DNA of 64,000 nucleotides from Occultella glacieicola (GTDB lineage: Bacteria; Actinomycetota; Actinomycetes; Actinomycetales; Beutenbergiaceae), in the NCBI RefSeq assembly GCF_004353825.1, contig NZ_SMNA01000006.1, positions 1 to 64,000 on the forward strand, given 5' to 3'. Below the pieces are notes generated by a model, which saw only the letters and a list, made by a program, of their open reading frames with translations, ran no database searches and was not told the origin of the DNA. The position numbers and the translations under genes are program-made. How positions within the stretch are numbered: position 1 is the first letter of the stretch; each line of letters begins with the position of its first letter. Of the stretch, positions 8,169-18,500 are shown in pieces.

Positions 8169-9691
8169 CCACCGTCGCCGAGATCGAACGGCTCAAGGCC
8201 CTGGTCGACCGGCTCCTGCCGCTGGCGGACCGACGACTCGGCGACCTCATCACGGCCGACGACTGGAACACCGTGGTGGGTGCGCTGCTCGAGGTGGCCC
8301 GCGCCGTCGTCGAGGACGAGGGCGGCGAGGTCGGCCCACACGAGCACCCCGACCAGGTGACGCTCGGCTGGCTGCACCCGCAACTGCGGGCGCTGATCGA
8401 GCGTGGCCCTCTCGACGACCCGGTGGCGGTGGCCCGGGTGAGCGCGCTCGAGCGGGGCGTCACGGCGGCGCAGCTGCGCCTGGACACCGTGGCCCTCGAC
8501 GTGCGCGGGGTGCGCACGGTCGCCGGCCGCGTGGAGACCTCCGACCTCGAACGCGAGTCGTCGATCACCCAGCTCTCCCGGAAGGTCAACGTGCTCGGCG
8601 GGGCCCAGGAGGAGATCTCCGCGCTCCGCGGCACGCTCGACACGCTGCGCGGCGACCTGACCCGGGTGGCGACGTTCGCCGACTCGTTCGCGAACGTGAC
8701 CCCGGGCGAGGTGCTGGGCGCCGTGCGCGACGTCGGCCACCTCACCGAGCGGTTGACCACGCCCACCGGGGCGCTGCTCGACGTCGCCGAGATCGAGAGA
8801 CGGCTCACCGTTCTGGCGACCACCCTGGTCACCGAGGACGAGCTGACGGCGGCCCTCGAGAACGTCCGACCGGATCTGCCGGACGGCGTGCTCGACGGAC
8901 TGCTCGCGCAGACCCGCGCCGCGGCCCTGGAGGAGGTCCAGACCGGTACCGCCGAGCTCTCCGACCGGCTCACCGCACAGATCACCGAGCGACTCGCCGG
9001 CGTCGAGGACATCGCCCGCGAGACGGCCCTGGAGGCGGCGGAGCAGTCACAGGGACCGTTGCGGGAGCGGATCACCGAGGCGGTCCGCGGCGAACTCACG
9101 GGCCTGGTCGAGGAGGGGGACGACGCCGTGCGGGTCGACCTCGCGGACGCCGTCGAGTCCACGACGCGCTCGCTCCGGCAGCTGATCGACGAACAGTCCG
9201 GGCTCCTGAGCCAGCGCATCGCCGAGCAGGTCGAGGGCTCCATCGAGCGGCTCCGCCCGGAACTGGACGCGCAGGTGCGCGAGGTTCTCGCGCGCGACCT
9301 GGAGCAGTTCGGGGAACGGTTCAGCGGGGTGGAGCGGGAGCTCGGCGCCATCCGCGAGAACCTGCGGTCGGTCAACGTGGACGTCGCCGCGCTGCGGGAG
9401 CGGGTGGGTCTCGACCTGGCCGACCTCGGTCGGACGCTGCGCGCGGAGTTCCAGCAGGGCCTGCGGACCGAGACGCAACGCTTCGCGGCACAGCAGACCG
9501 CCCTGACGGAGCAGATCCGCGGTGAATTGGCCATCGAGCGGCTGCGCATCGACAGGCTCGGCCGGCTCGGCGACGGCGGCGTGATCCGGCCGGCCGACCC
9601 GATCCTGCGGCCCGTTGACCCGATCCTGCGGCCCACGGACCCGATCCTGCGGCCGACCGACCGCGACGAACCCACGCCACCGAACGCCTGA
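8165..9691 (+). CDS. Coiled-coil protein with a GDLITADDWN / HEHP motif (putative fibre or stalk)
   Basis: 508 aa with an ATGA overlap, a long E/R/L/A heptad-like region and C-terminal DPILRP repeats. Confidence 0.55.
   Translation: MTTVAEIERLKALVDRLLPLADRRLGDLITADDWNTVVGALLEVARAVVEDEGGEVGPHEHPDQVTLGWLHPQLRALIERGPLDDPVAVARVSALERGVTAAQLRLDTVALDVRGVRTVAGRVETSDLERESSITQLSRKVNVLGGAQEEISALRGTLDTLRGDLTRVATFADSFANVTPGEVLGAVRDVGHLTERLTTPTGALLDVAEIERRLTVLATTLVTEDELTAALENVRPDLPDGVLDGLLAQTRAAALEEVQTGTAELSDRLTAQITERLAGVEDIARETALEAAEQSQGPLRERITEAVRGELTGLVEEGDDAVRVDLADAVESTTRSLRQLIDEQSGLLSQRIAEQVEGSIERLRPELDAQVREVLARDLEQFGERFSGVERELGAIRENLRSVNVDVAALRERVGLDLADLGRTLRAEFQQGLRTETQRFAAQQTALTEQIRGELAIERLRIDRLGRLGDGGVIRPADPILRPVDPILRPTDPILRPTDRDEPTPPNA
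9596..9658 (+). repeat. Three 21-bp tandem repeats (GACCCGATCCTGCGGCCsnnn), encoding DPILRPx three times
   Basis: Units seen at 9596, 9617 and 9638. Confidence 0.9.
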
Positions 9692-9709
9692 GACCGAACC
9701 GAGGCGCAG

Positions 9710-10612
9710 ATGCTCAGCGAGTACGAGACGCGACTGGCCGACCTGCTCGGCTCGCGCCTCGGCGCGCCGTTCGACGGGCGGGTGTTCGTACCGCCCGGCC
9801 CGAGCGCCACGAACGAGCCTGCGCTGCTCGCGGGCCTCGTCGACGCGGTGCCGATCCCGGAGTCGTTCGGCAGCCGCCGTCCCGAGATCGTGCCGGGCGC
9901 GGACGACCCGCGCCGCGTCGTCCGGATGCGCACCACCGCCCGGGTGGAGGTGCGCGCGTCCACCGCGGGCGGCCGGGAGGAGACGACCACCGGTCTTGAC
10001 GCGCTGCTCTACCTCCTCGACGCGCCGGACCTGCGCGATGCGTCGGCGTTCACAGCGCCCGGTGACCCCGGCTTCGCGCTCAGCCGGCAGGTGCCGACCG
10101 GCGTGCAGATCGCCCCCGATGCGGGGTTGCCCGCGGTGCTCGTCGAGGCCGAGGGCTGGTTCTGGCCGCCGAACGTGTCCGGCGTCACCGGCAGACCGAT
10201 CCGCCAGGCGCACGTGCGGATGGCCCAGCTGCCGGTGGCGCTCGAACCGTGGCCGCCCCCGCTCGATGCCGGCGGCCCCGCGGTGGACCTGCGGGTGACG
10301 GTCGGCGCCGTCGGCACGATGCGGCTCGACGGCGGCACACCCGCCGGGGTCGCGTTCGGTGCCCTCACGCTGCGTGTCGTCGACGCCGGCGGGCGTCCTG
10401 GGGCGGGCACCCTGACCGGGGGCGCAGGCGGCATCGGCGGCACGGATGGAAACCTGGTTGTGCCCCTGGAGGCCGGCGCCGCGTCCTTCACCTACACCCC
10501 GCCCGCCGAGCCGGCCCGCGACGTGCTCGTCGTGTCACTCGACCGGCCGGACACCGGTGACGGCGTCGCGATCGGCACCGAAATCGCCCGGTTCGACCTG
10601 GTGGTGGCGTGA
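9710..10612 (+). CDS. Hypothetical protein of the injection-system operon (possibly tail-terminator-like N-terminus plus Ig-like C-terminus)
   Basis: 300 aa with a GAGG RBS, high-GC3 coding pattern and a GTGA overlap with the next gene. The fold guess is weak. Confidence 0.55.
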   Translation: MLSEYETRLADLLGSRLGAPFDGRVFVPPGPSATNEPALLAGLVDAVPIPESFGSRRPEIVPGADDPRRVVRMRTTARVEVRASTAGGREETTTGLDALLYLLDAPDLRDASAFTAPGDPGFALSRQVPTGVQIAPDAGLPAVLVEAEGWFWPPNVSGVTGRPIRQAHVRMAQLPVALEPWPPPLDAGGPAVDLRVTVGAVGTMRLDGGTPAGVAFGALTLRVVDAGGRPGAGTLTGGAGGIGGTDGNLVVPLEAGAASFTYTPPAEPARDVLVVSLDRPDTGDGVAIGTEIARFDLVVA

Positions 10613-12228
10613 TGAACGCGCTGATCGACACGGTGTCCCTGCTGACCACGTCGCTCGAGCCGGTGGGCGTGGCGAGCTACCAGGTCCAGCCGCTGCAGTT
10701 CAGCCTGACCGAGACCGACCTGCCCACGGAGGAGGTCGGCGCCGACGGGCACGCCGTGGTCATCGGCTGGGCCGGTGCCGCCGGCACCGCGACCGTCGAA
10801 CTGGACCCCGTGCAGCTCACCGTCGAAGGCATCGGTGACCGGCTGTTCCCGGGCTTCCCGCTGGGTGAACTGCCGGCGTCCGTCGCAGCCGGCCAGGTGG
10901 TCGTGACCGTGTCGGCGGGCCGGAGGATCCGCGGGTTGCACCTGGCGGACCTGGCGACCGACGAGGCCGAACCGGTGCCGTTGACGGACGAGAGTGGTCT
11001 CGGTGCCGGTCGGCGTCTCGCCGTGAGTGCCCGGGATCCCGCGGGGTCCGGGTGGCTCGCCCCCGTGGTCTCGGCGCCCGAGGTGGGGGCGCGCGGTCAG
11101 GTGCCGGCCACCCTCACCGGCGGCACGTTCTCAGGTTCGGTGCTGCGACTACCCGACGTGGCGGGATCCCAACTGCGCATCGGGCTCGTGGAGGGGGACA
11201 CCCCAGGGGAGTTCCAGGCCGCTCCGGTCACGGTCGGCACCGTCACCGGCTGGGCGGCGCCGACCCCGCGGGACCTGGAACTCGTGGGTCCGGACGGCAC
11301 GGTGCTGTGGGCGTTCCCGGGCGAGCTGCTGCCGGGCACCCGGGTGTCCGCGGACGTCACCGTGGGCGTGGCGGCCGCGCTCCAGACGATGCACGACGGC
11401 GCAGCGCCCCTGGCCGGGACGCTCACCCTGCGCGCGGCGCACCCGTGCCGGCTCGGCCTGTCCCTGTCGCAGGTCACGGGTGCGCTGCTCCGACGGATCC
11501 CGGGCACCCTGGTCGCCGACCTCGAGGGCGAGCCGGTCGCCGTGGCCCTGCCGGGCGAGCCGGCGGCCGCGACCCCGACCTCCGTGATCGGTGACCTGCA
11601 CGTGCGCTATCTCGGGATGCGGCTCGCGGACATCTCCGACCCACTCCCGCCGGTGGGTCCGACATCCGGCCTCGTGGTGCGTGCCGACCCGGTCCATCGC
11701 GTGTTCCCCGAGGCCGCTCTGCGCGGTGAGTCGGTCACCCGGATCGGACTGATCGGGTTCTGCCCGGAGGAGTCGGCGCTCCTGGTACGGCTGGTGCCCG
11801 CCGACCTGGCGACCACCACCGGGACCTCCGCACCGGACCGCACGATCGGACGCCCGGCCGTCGTGAGCGTGCCGCCGGGCGAGCGGGCCGCCGTCGTCTG
11901 GGTGGACCTCCCGGAACCGGTGACGGTGACCGAGGCGGTCGCCGTCGAGGTGTCCGCCGGTCAGGGCCGGTTCCACTGGGCCGCCGCGGAGCATCCGCTG
12001 GTGCGCATCGTCGTCGTCGACCCGGACCCCGGGAACCGGCCGGTGGTGATCGGCGCCACCGACGGGACCTCGAACACGCTGCTCACGCTCACCGGGCCCG
12101 AGGTCACCGTGAACCGGGCGGTCCTGCCCGCCGCGGCGTTCACCGGTACCGGCGTCGTCCTCGCCAGCGCCGTCTTCGCGCGCGTGGAGATCACCGACAC
12201 CGAGCTGCGGCACCGACAGGGGGTGTGA
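10609..12228 (+). CDS. Hypothetical beta-rich protein of the injection-system operon
   Basis: 539 aa, V/T/G/P-rich and translationally coupled. No family recognised. Confidence 0.6.
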   Translation: MMNALIDTVSLLTTSLEPVGVASYQVQPLQFSLTETDLPTEEVGADGHAVVIGWAGAAGTATVELDPVQLTVEGIGDRLFPGFPLGELPASVAAGQVVVTVSAGRRIRGLHLADLATDEAEPVPLTDESGLGAGRRLAVSARDPAGSGWLAPVVSAPEVGARGQVPATLTGGTFSGSVLRLPDVAGSQLRIGLVEGDTPGEFQAAPVTVGTVTGWAAPTPRDLELVGPDGTVLWAFPGELLPGTRVSADVTVGVAAALQTMHDGAAPLAGTLTLRAAHPCRLGLSLSQVTGALLRRIPGTLVADLEGEPVAVALPGEPAAATPTSVIGDLHVRYLGMRLADISDPLPPVGPTSGLVVRADPVHRVFPEAALRGESVTRIGLIGFCPEESALLVRLVPADLATTTGTSAPDRTIGRPAVVSVPPGERAAVVWVDLPEPVTVTEAVAVEVSAGQGRFHWAAAEHPLVRIVVVDPDPGNRPVVIGATDGTSNTLLTLTGPEVTVNRAVLPAAAFTGTGVVLASAVFARVEITDTELRHRQGV

Positions 12229-12231
12229 GGG

Positions 12232-15200
12232 ATGCCCGACTTCGTCGCACAGCTCGAGGGCCTCGACCTCGCCCAGATCGATGCCACCCTCGGGCGGGTC
12301 AGGTCCTCGCTCGAGCAGGCCCAGGAGCTCGGCATCGGTGGCCTCGAGCCCACGGTGCTGCTCGGGGACGACCTCGGCACGGCGATCCGGACGGTCTCCG
12401 ACCTCGGCGCCGAGCCCGACGGCCTGGCCAGGCTCGGTCGCATCGCGCTCGAGGAGCTCGGTGGACTCATCGAGATTCCCGAGCTCGGTGACCTCGACCG
12501 GATCCTGGCCGGGATCGGGGACCTGGTCGAGCTGATCACGCAGGTCGCCTCGGTGATCGCCACCGACGGGTCCGACGGTCGGGGAGTCCTCGACCGGATC
12601 CTGACCACGGTCGGCGGCTCGATCGGACTGGAGGACCTCGTCGCCGAGGTGACCCGCCGGGCCGCGGCAACCCTCGGGGTGGAGATCCCGGCGTCCCTGG
12701 CCGCGACCCTGAGCGCCCTCGAGCGGCTGGGCTCCGCGGGCACGCTGCCCTCCCAGGAGGTGGCCTCGCTGCTGGCCACCGTGTTCGTCGGGCTCGACCT
12801 CGGCGACCTGAGCACGGTGACGGCGTCCACCACGGCGACGCTGACGCTCGTCACGGGTGCCGGGAACCGCACCGGCCTGGACGCGGCCGTGGCCGGCGTA
12901 CGCGCACGGCTGAGCGACGCCTACGACCTCATCGACGACGGTGCGGAGGTTGACATCACCGCGCTCGTCGGAGCCATCGACGCGATCGGCACCGACCTGG
13001 ACGGTCTTGGCAGCGATCTCGACCGCTTCGTCGCCGGGCTCGCCACGGACCTGCGCACCGCCGCGAACACGATGACCGAGCTCGACCTCACGGGCCGGAC
13101 CGAACGGCTCCTCGCGGCGCTGCCGCTGCCGGAGGAGGACCTGCCCCGGGTCATGGTCGACTCCCTGGCGAACCTGGCGGAGATGTTCGAGGCCATGACC
13201 GTCGAGGCGCTCGAGACGGCGCTGACCGGCGTGACCGAGCACCTCACGGGCCTGCTCACCGCCGGGCCGGTCGGGGACCTGATGGCCGGGATCGACGACG
13301 TCTTCGCCGAGCTCGGTCGGCTCATGGACGCGCTGCCGCTGCGCAGCGCACGCGACGCGCTCCTCGACGCGCTTGCCGGCGCGCAACAGGAGATCCTCGC
13401 ATTCGACGGGTTCGCCTTCCTCGACGACCTGCTCGCCCCGGTCCGCGACCTGGAGCGTGCCGTCCGCGACCTGGATCTGAGCACGATCACCGAGGCAGTC
13501 GATGCCGTCGTCGCGCAGGTGAACGGCGTCTTCACCGACTTCCCGATCGAGGACCTGCGCGACGCCGTTGACGCCGTCATCGAGCCGCTCGGGGAGATCC
13601 TGGACGAGCTCACCCCGGTCGTGCTGCAGATCGCCGACGAGCTCGAGGGGCTCGTCGCCGAGCTCGAGGGGGTCGACTTCGAGGCGGCCGGCACCGCCAC
13701 CCTCGACCTGTTCCGCGGGATCCGGGACCAGGTCCGCGAGGCGGTCGACGGCGGCGACGTGCCCGAAGCGGTGAAGGTGGTCGTGGCGGGCACGGCGGCC
13801 GTGCTCGCCGAACTCGACCTCGCCGCCGAACTCACCGCACCCTTCGACGACGCGATCGCAGGCATCGACGTCGGGGCGCTCCTGCAACCGATCGAGGAGG
13901 TCTGGCAGAGTGCGGGCGACACGTTGCGCCGGGCCACCCCTGCGGCGCTCATCGCCGAACTCGACCCGCCGTTCGACGAGCTCCTGGCCAAGGTGGACCA
14001 GCTGTCCGTGGCACCACTGATCGGGTCGCTGTCCGAACTCTTCGGCGACCTGCTCAGCCGGCTCACGGCGCTCGACCCCCGCGCCCTGATGGCCCCACTG
14101 GAGCAGGAGTTCCAGGCCCTGCTGCACCGAGTGCGGGCGCTGCTCGACCCGGGCCCGTTGTTCGCGCCGCTGCGCGCCGCCTACGAGGCGCTGCGCACCC
14201 TGGTGGACGGCATCGACATCGACGCCGCGGTGCGCGCCGCGCTCGGGGGCCTGATCGACGTCCCGGACGCGCTGAACCAGGCCGTCGGCGGCGCCCTCGC
14301 CGCCTCCGGTGGCGGCGGTGCCGCGGTGCCCACGACCGGCGCCGTGTTCCGGTTCGGCGACGTGCTCCGGCCGGCGGCGGCGTTCGTGGGGGAGATCCGC
14401 AGCCGACTCGACTCCCTCGCCGACGACGTCCTGGGGGCCGCGCTCGCGCAGCTCAGCGACGTCACGCGGGCGCTGTGGTCGCTCCTGGACCCGGCGGCCG
14501 GATTCGCCGTGTCGGTCGCGGACGCGCTCGACGCGCGGCTGGCGCTGGCCGACCCGAACTCCGGCGTCGGTCCCGTGGCGGAACTGCGCAGCGCCGTGGA
14601 GTCCTTCACGGCAGCGGTTGCCCGGATCGAGGTCGACGCCGACGCCCGGCTCCGGCTCGAGACTGCGACCGGGTCGCTCCGCTTCGACTCCCGGGTGCGC
14701 GTGAGCGCGGAGACCGGCTCGGACCTGTCCACCCACGCCGGCCGGGTCCGCGACGGCGCCGGCGGGACCGAACTCGGCCGGTCCACCCGACTGCTTGCCC
14801 GCTCCCTGGAACGCCTGCTACCACGAGAGCTGCTCGGTGGGCCACTCAACCCGAGCGCCGCCGTGGACGTGCTGCTGGACGCCGTGTTCGACCGGTTGCC
14901 GCTGGCCGACCTCGCTGACCAGCTGGATGCGATCGGTGACCGGATCCAGGCGCGGCTGCTCGCCTTCGCCGACGAACTGTCGCTCGGGTTGTTCCGGGTC
15001 TGGACCGCGCTGTTCGCGAGTCTCGAACCGCTCCTGCCGGACTCCCTGATCGCCCGGATCCAGGCGGGCCTCGACTCGGTGTTCGCCCGTCTTGATGTGC
15101 TCGACCCGGCCGTCGTCGAAGGGGAGGTCCGTGCCGTCGTCGATGCCGCCGTCTCCCTCCTCGGGGTGCACTCACCCGCCGCGCTCGCCCGCGAGCTCGG

Positions 15201-15537
15201 GGCCGTATTCGACGCCGCCCTGGACCGGGTCCGCGAGCTCGACCCGGCCACGCTGCTGGGTGACCTCGACCCGTTCGCCGGGCTCAAGGAGCAACTCGAG
15301 CTCCTCCGTCCCTCGGTGGTGCTCGAGCCACTGGTGCTGCGGGCCGAGTCCTTCACGGTCGCGCTCGAGACGATCGCCGGGATCGACCTGAGTTTCGTCG
15401 GCGAGCTCGTCGCGGACATCCGCGGCGTCTTCACCACGGTCCTGGACGGAGTGGAGACGGAGTGGGACGCCCTGCTCGCCGAGCTCGCCCAGATCGGTGG
15501 TTCCGCCGGTGTCTCGACCAGTGTCTCGACCGGGTGA
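12232..15537 (+). CDS. 1101-aa acidic amphipathic-helix repeat protein of unknown function
   Basis: L/A/D/E-rich with very few Lys and recurrent LDPxxL / LxPxxL motifs. It sits directly upstream of the Rhs gene. Confidence 0.7.
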   Translation: MPDFVAQLEGLDLAQIDATLGRVRSSLEQAQELGIGGLEPTVLLGDDLGTAIRTVSDLGAEPDGLARLGRIALEELGGLIEIPELGDLDRILAGIGDLVELITQVASVIATDGSDGRGVLDRILTTVGGSIGLEDLVAEVTRRAAATLGVEIPASLAATLSALERLGSAGTLPSQEVASLLATVFVGLDLGDLSTVTASTTATLTLVTGAGNRTGLDAAVAGVRARLSDAYDLIDDGAEVDITALVGAIDAIGTDLDGLGSDLDRFVAGLATDLRTAANTMTELDLTGRTERLLAALPLPEEDLPRVMVDSLANLAEMFEAMTVEALETALTGVTEHLTGLLTAGPVGDLMAGIDDVFAELGRLMDALPLRSARDALLDALAGAQQEILAFDGFAFLDDLLAPVRDLERAVRDLDLSTITEAVDAVVAQVNGVFTDFPIEDLRDAVDAVIEPLGEILDELTPVVLQIADELEGLVAELEGVDFEAAGTATLDLFRGIRDQVREAVDGGDVPEAVKVVVAGTAAVLAELDLAAELTAPFDDAIAGIDVGALLQPIEEVWQSAGDTLRRATPAALIAELDPPFDELLAKVDQLSVAPLIGSLSELFGDLLSRLTALDPRALMAPLEQEFQALLHRVRALLDPGPLFAPLRAAYEALRTLVDGIDIDAAVRAALGGLIDVPDALNQAVGGALAASGGGGAAVPTTGAVFRFGDVLRPAAAFVGEIRSRLDSLADDVLGAALAQLSDVTRALWSLLDPAAGFAVSVADALDARLALADPNSGVGPVAELRSAVESFTAAVARIEVDADARLRLETATGSLRFDSRVRVSAETGSDLSTHAGRVRDGAGGTELGRSTRLLARSLERLLPRELLGGPLNPSAAVDVLLDAVFDRLPLADLADQLDAIGDRIQARLLAFADELSLGLFRVWTALFASLEPLLPDSLIARIQAGLDSVFARLDVLDPAVVEGEVRAVVDAAVSLLGVHSPAALARELGAVFDAALDRVRELDPATLLGDLDPFAGLKEQLELLRPSVVLEPLVLRAESFTVALETIAGIDLSFVGELVADIRGVFTTVLDGVETEWDALLAELAQIGGSAGVSTSVSTG

Positions 15538-15547
15538 GGAGGGGGCG

Positions 15548-18500
15548 ATGAGCACCATCGAGGACGTCGGGCCGGGCGTCACCGCGGCTCCGCGGGTGGT
15601 CGCGGACGCCGCGCGCGGACGACGGGTCGTCACGCTCGACCCGGCCGGCAGGCCGGTCCGGGTCGAGCTGCCCGACGGCGAGTCGCTGCACGTCACCCGG
15701 GACCCGACACTGCAGCGGCTCGCCCTCCGCGACGGCCACGGCACCCTGATCGCCCGGATCCACACCGATACCGCCCCCGGCGCGTGGTACCGGCGTCCTC
15801 CGCCACCGGGCGTGGACACCGTGCACCGCGTCAGCGCCGACGATCCGACCGGCACCACGTCCCTGACCGCGTCGGCGACCATGGTCCGCCAGGAGCGCGA
15901 CGGGGCCGTCCTGCGGATCGACTCCGACCCCGACGGTCGTCCCGCCCGGGTCACCCTGCCCGGGCTCGCCCGGGACCTGCACTACCGGCCGGTGGGCGCC
16001 GGCTGTTGGGATGTCACGGTCGGCGGTGTCCGCCTCCTCGGCCTCGCCGGGGGACCCGACGCCCTGCGCTGCGACCTGGGCGAGGGCGCCGGTTGGGTGC
16101 GCCGGGAGTGGCCCGGGGTGCTGACGTTCACCGGCACCGACGGCACCGAGATACTCACCGAACGCAGGGACCGGGCGGGCCGGGTGCACTCGCGGCGCTG
16201 GCCCGGCACGGCCGAGTTCTCCTACGAGCGGGACGACCGGTCCCGGCTGGTGACCTGGACGCGCACCGGGCCCGACGGCGCCGCGCTCGCGCAGCGACGC
16301 ACCTACAGTGGGCCGGAACTGTCCGCCGTCGTCACCGGGCGGCGTCGCACCGTGGTCCGCACCGACGTCGGCGGCCGGGTCCGCAGGTTGATCGGCCCGT
16401 CGCAGACCGTGACGTTCGACTACGACCCGAACGGACGACGCACCCGGCGCACCTCCGGCACTGGAGACAGGGCCGCGACCGAGTACCGCTACGACGCGCT
16501 CGGACAACTGGTCGAGGCGCGCGGTCCGGACGGCGAGTCGACCCGATACGGCTGGGACGGACTGGGCCGACGGCTCTGGGTGGAGCGCGCCGGCCGCCGG
16601 TTCACCGAGCACCGCGACCCGACCGGGCGGCTGTGGTCGGTCACCGACGCGGACGGGGCCCTCGTGCACGCGTTCGTGTGGTGGGAGGGGCGGGTGCTGG
16701 CCCGCCTCGGCCCGGACGGACGCCTCGACGAGGCGTACCTGACCGACCGGGTCGGTACGCTGCTCGGCCTCGCGACCCCGGCCTCGGGCTGGGTCTTCTC
16801 CGAAGCGATCCAGCCGCCGTTCGGTGCCGTGACCGCAGCCTGGCGTCCCACCCTGTTCGGGCACATCGCCGACGGGGCGACCACCCTGATCTGCTTCGGC
16901 GGCCGCGAACTGGACACCGAGACGGGGACGTTCCTCACGCCGGACCCCTGGCACGGCGGCCCGGACGATCCCCGGGCCGTCGGCGGTCAGACGGCGACGG
17001 AGCTGGCCCGGGTCGCGGAGAGGCCGGCGAGCGGGGTCCACGCCTATCACCTCAGCCAGGGCGACCCGCTGAGCCGGCCGGACGTGGACGGCCACTTCGC
17101 GTGGGGCAACCTGGTGCTGACGATCTTCCTCGGCCCGACGTGGGGCTTCCCGCTCACCTCGTTGTCCGTGTTCGCGTTCGAACCGCTGAACCTCTACTTC
17201 GAGATCTTCGGCCTGCTCGGTGCGCTGTTCACCTGGAACGGTCACCCCTGGCCGCAACACTCCCTCGGCACGATGCGCGGCGGCACCGCAGGCCGGGTGG
17301 GCACGGTCGCGCTGGCGCTGAACGGGTTCATCCCACGCGTCTTCGCCGGCGGTATCGACGCCGACCGCGCCGTCACGATCGGGCACGTCGCCTGGGAGAA
17401 CCGTCGGTTCTTCGAACTCCTCGACCGGCCCCGGGTGCTCGAACTGGACGATGTCCGCGGCACACCCCGGCCCGACGGCACCCCGAGCGGCGACGCACGC
17501 GCGTTCTCCGACGTCCGACAGGGCTCGGTGCTCGCCCTGGTGGGCACCGACACGGACGCCCGCACCTGGGTGCAGGGCACCTGGTGGAGCCGCGGCCCGG
17601 GCAACGCGGTCGGCCTTCGCGGGGGTCGGCAGTCGTTCGAGGACCGCGGCGCGGCGGGCGCGGCGCACGTACGCGGCACGATGTTCATGGCGCAGCCGCT
17701 GCGCGAGATCATGCCGCGCCCGTTCAGCGCCGATGACGGCGGGCGGATCGAGGTGCACGAGTACGCCGCCGTGGGCGGTCACAGCAGCACCGGGGTACTG
17801 GTCAGCGAGGTCTGGTTCGCGTTCTCGGTGCCTGCGGACGCCGGGCTCGCCGCCGCCACCGTGGTCGAGGTCGCCGCCGCCGGGGCAGTGGCCCCGGCCT
17901 ATGGGGCGATCACGCAGGTGGTCCCCGCGAGCGAACCGGTCGTGATCCTCGACCACGAACTGCCGAGCCGGTTCCACAGCCCGAGCGTGCGCGCGGACGC
18001 CGTCGCGCTGCGGGTGATGACGTCCGGCACCGCCACGAGCGCCGGCTGGGCCGCGGTCGCGGCACCGCCGAACCGGGCCGTGCATCTCACGGCGCCCGGC
18101 CATCCGGTCGCCGTCGACGACGTCTTCGCCTTCCTGCCCACCGCGCCCGGCGGCCCGGTCCCGGCCACCCCTGAACGTCCGCAGACCTATACCCGCGTCA
18201 GCAAGGTCACCCTGACGCTCACCCTCGACCCTCCCATCGCCTCGCTCACCCTCGCCGGCGCGGCCGCGTTCCGGTTGACCACCGACGGCACGGCGCTGCT
18301 CGGCTCGGTCGCCGACCCGGCCGCCCACCCGGACGTGGTCACGTTCCTCGACGACCCCGGCCTGGACGTCGGCGACGACCTCGCCGTCGCGCCGACGGGC
18401 ACCGGGGCCACGGTGCAGTACGCCCGGGTCAGCGCCGTGACCCCGGCGACACCCGCGGTGCCGCCGGACGGGGGCACGCCCGGCACCCCGGCGGTGCCTG

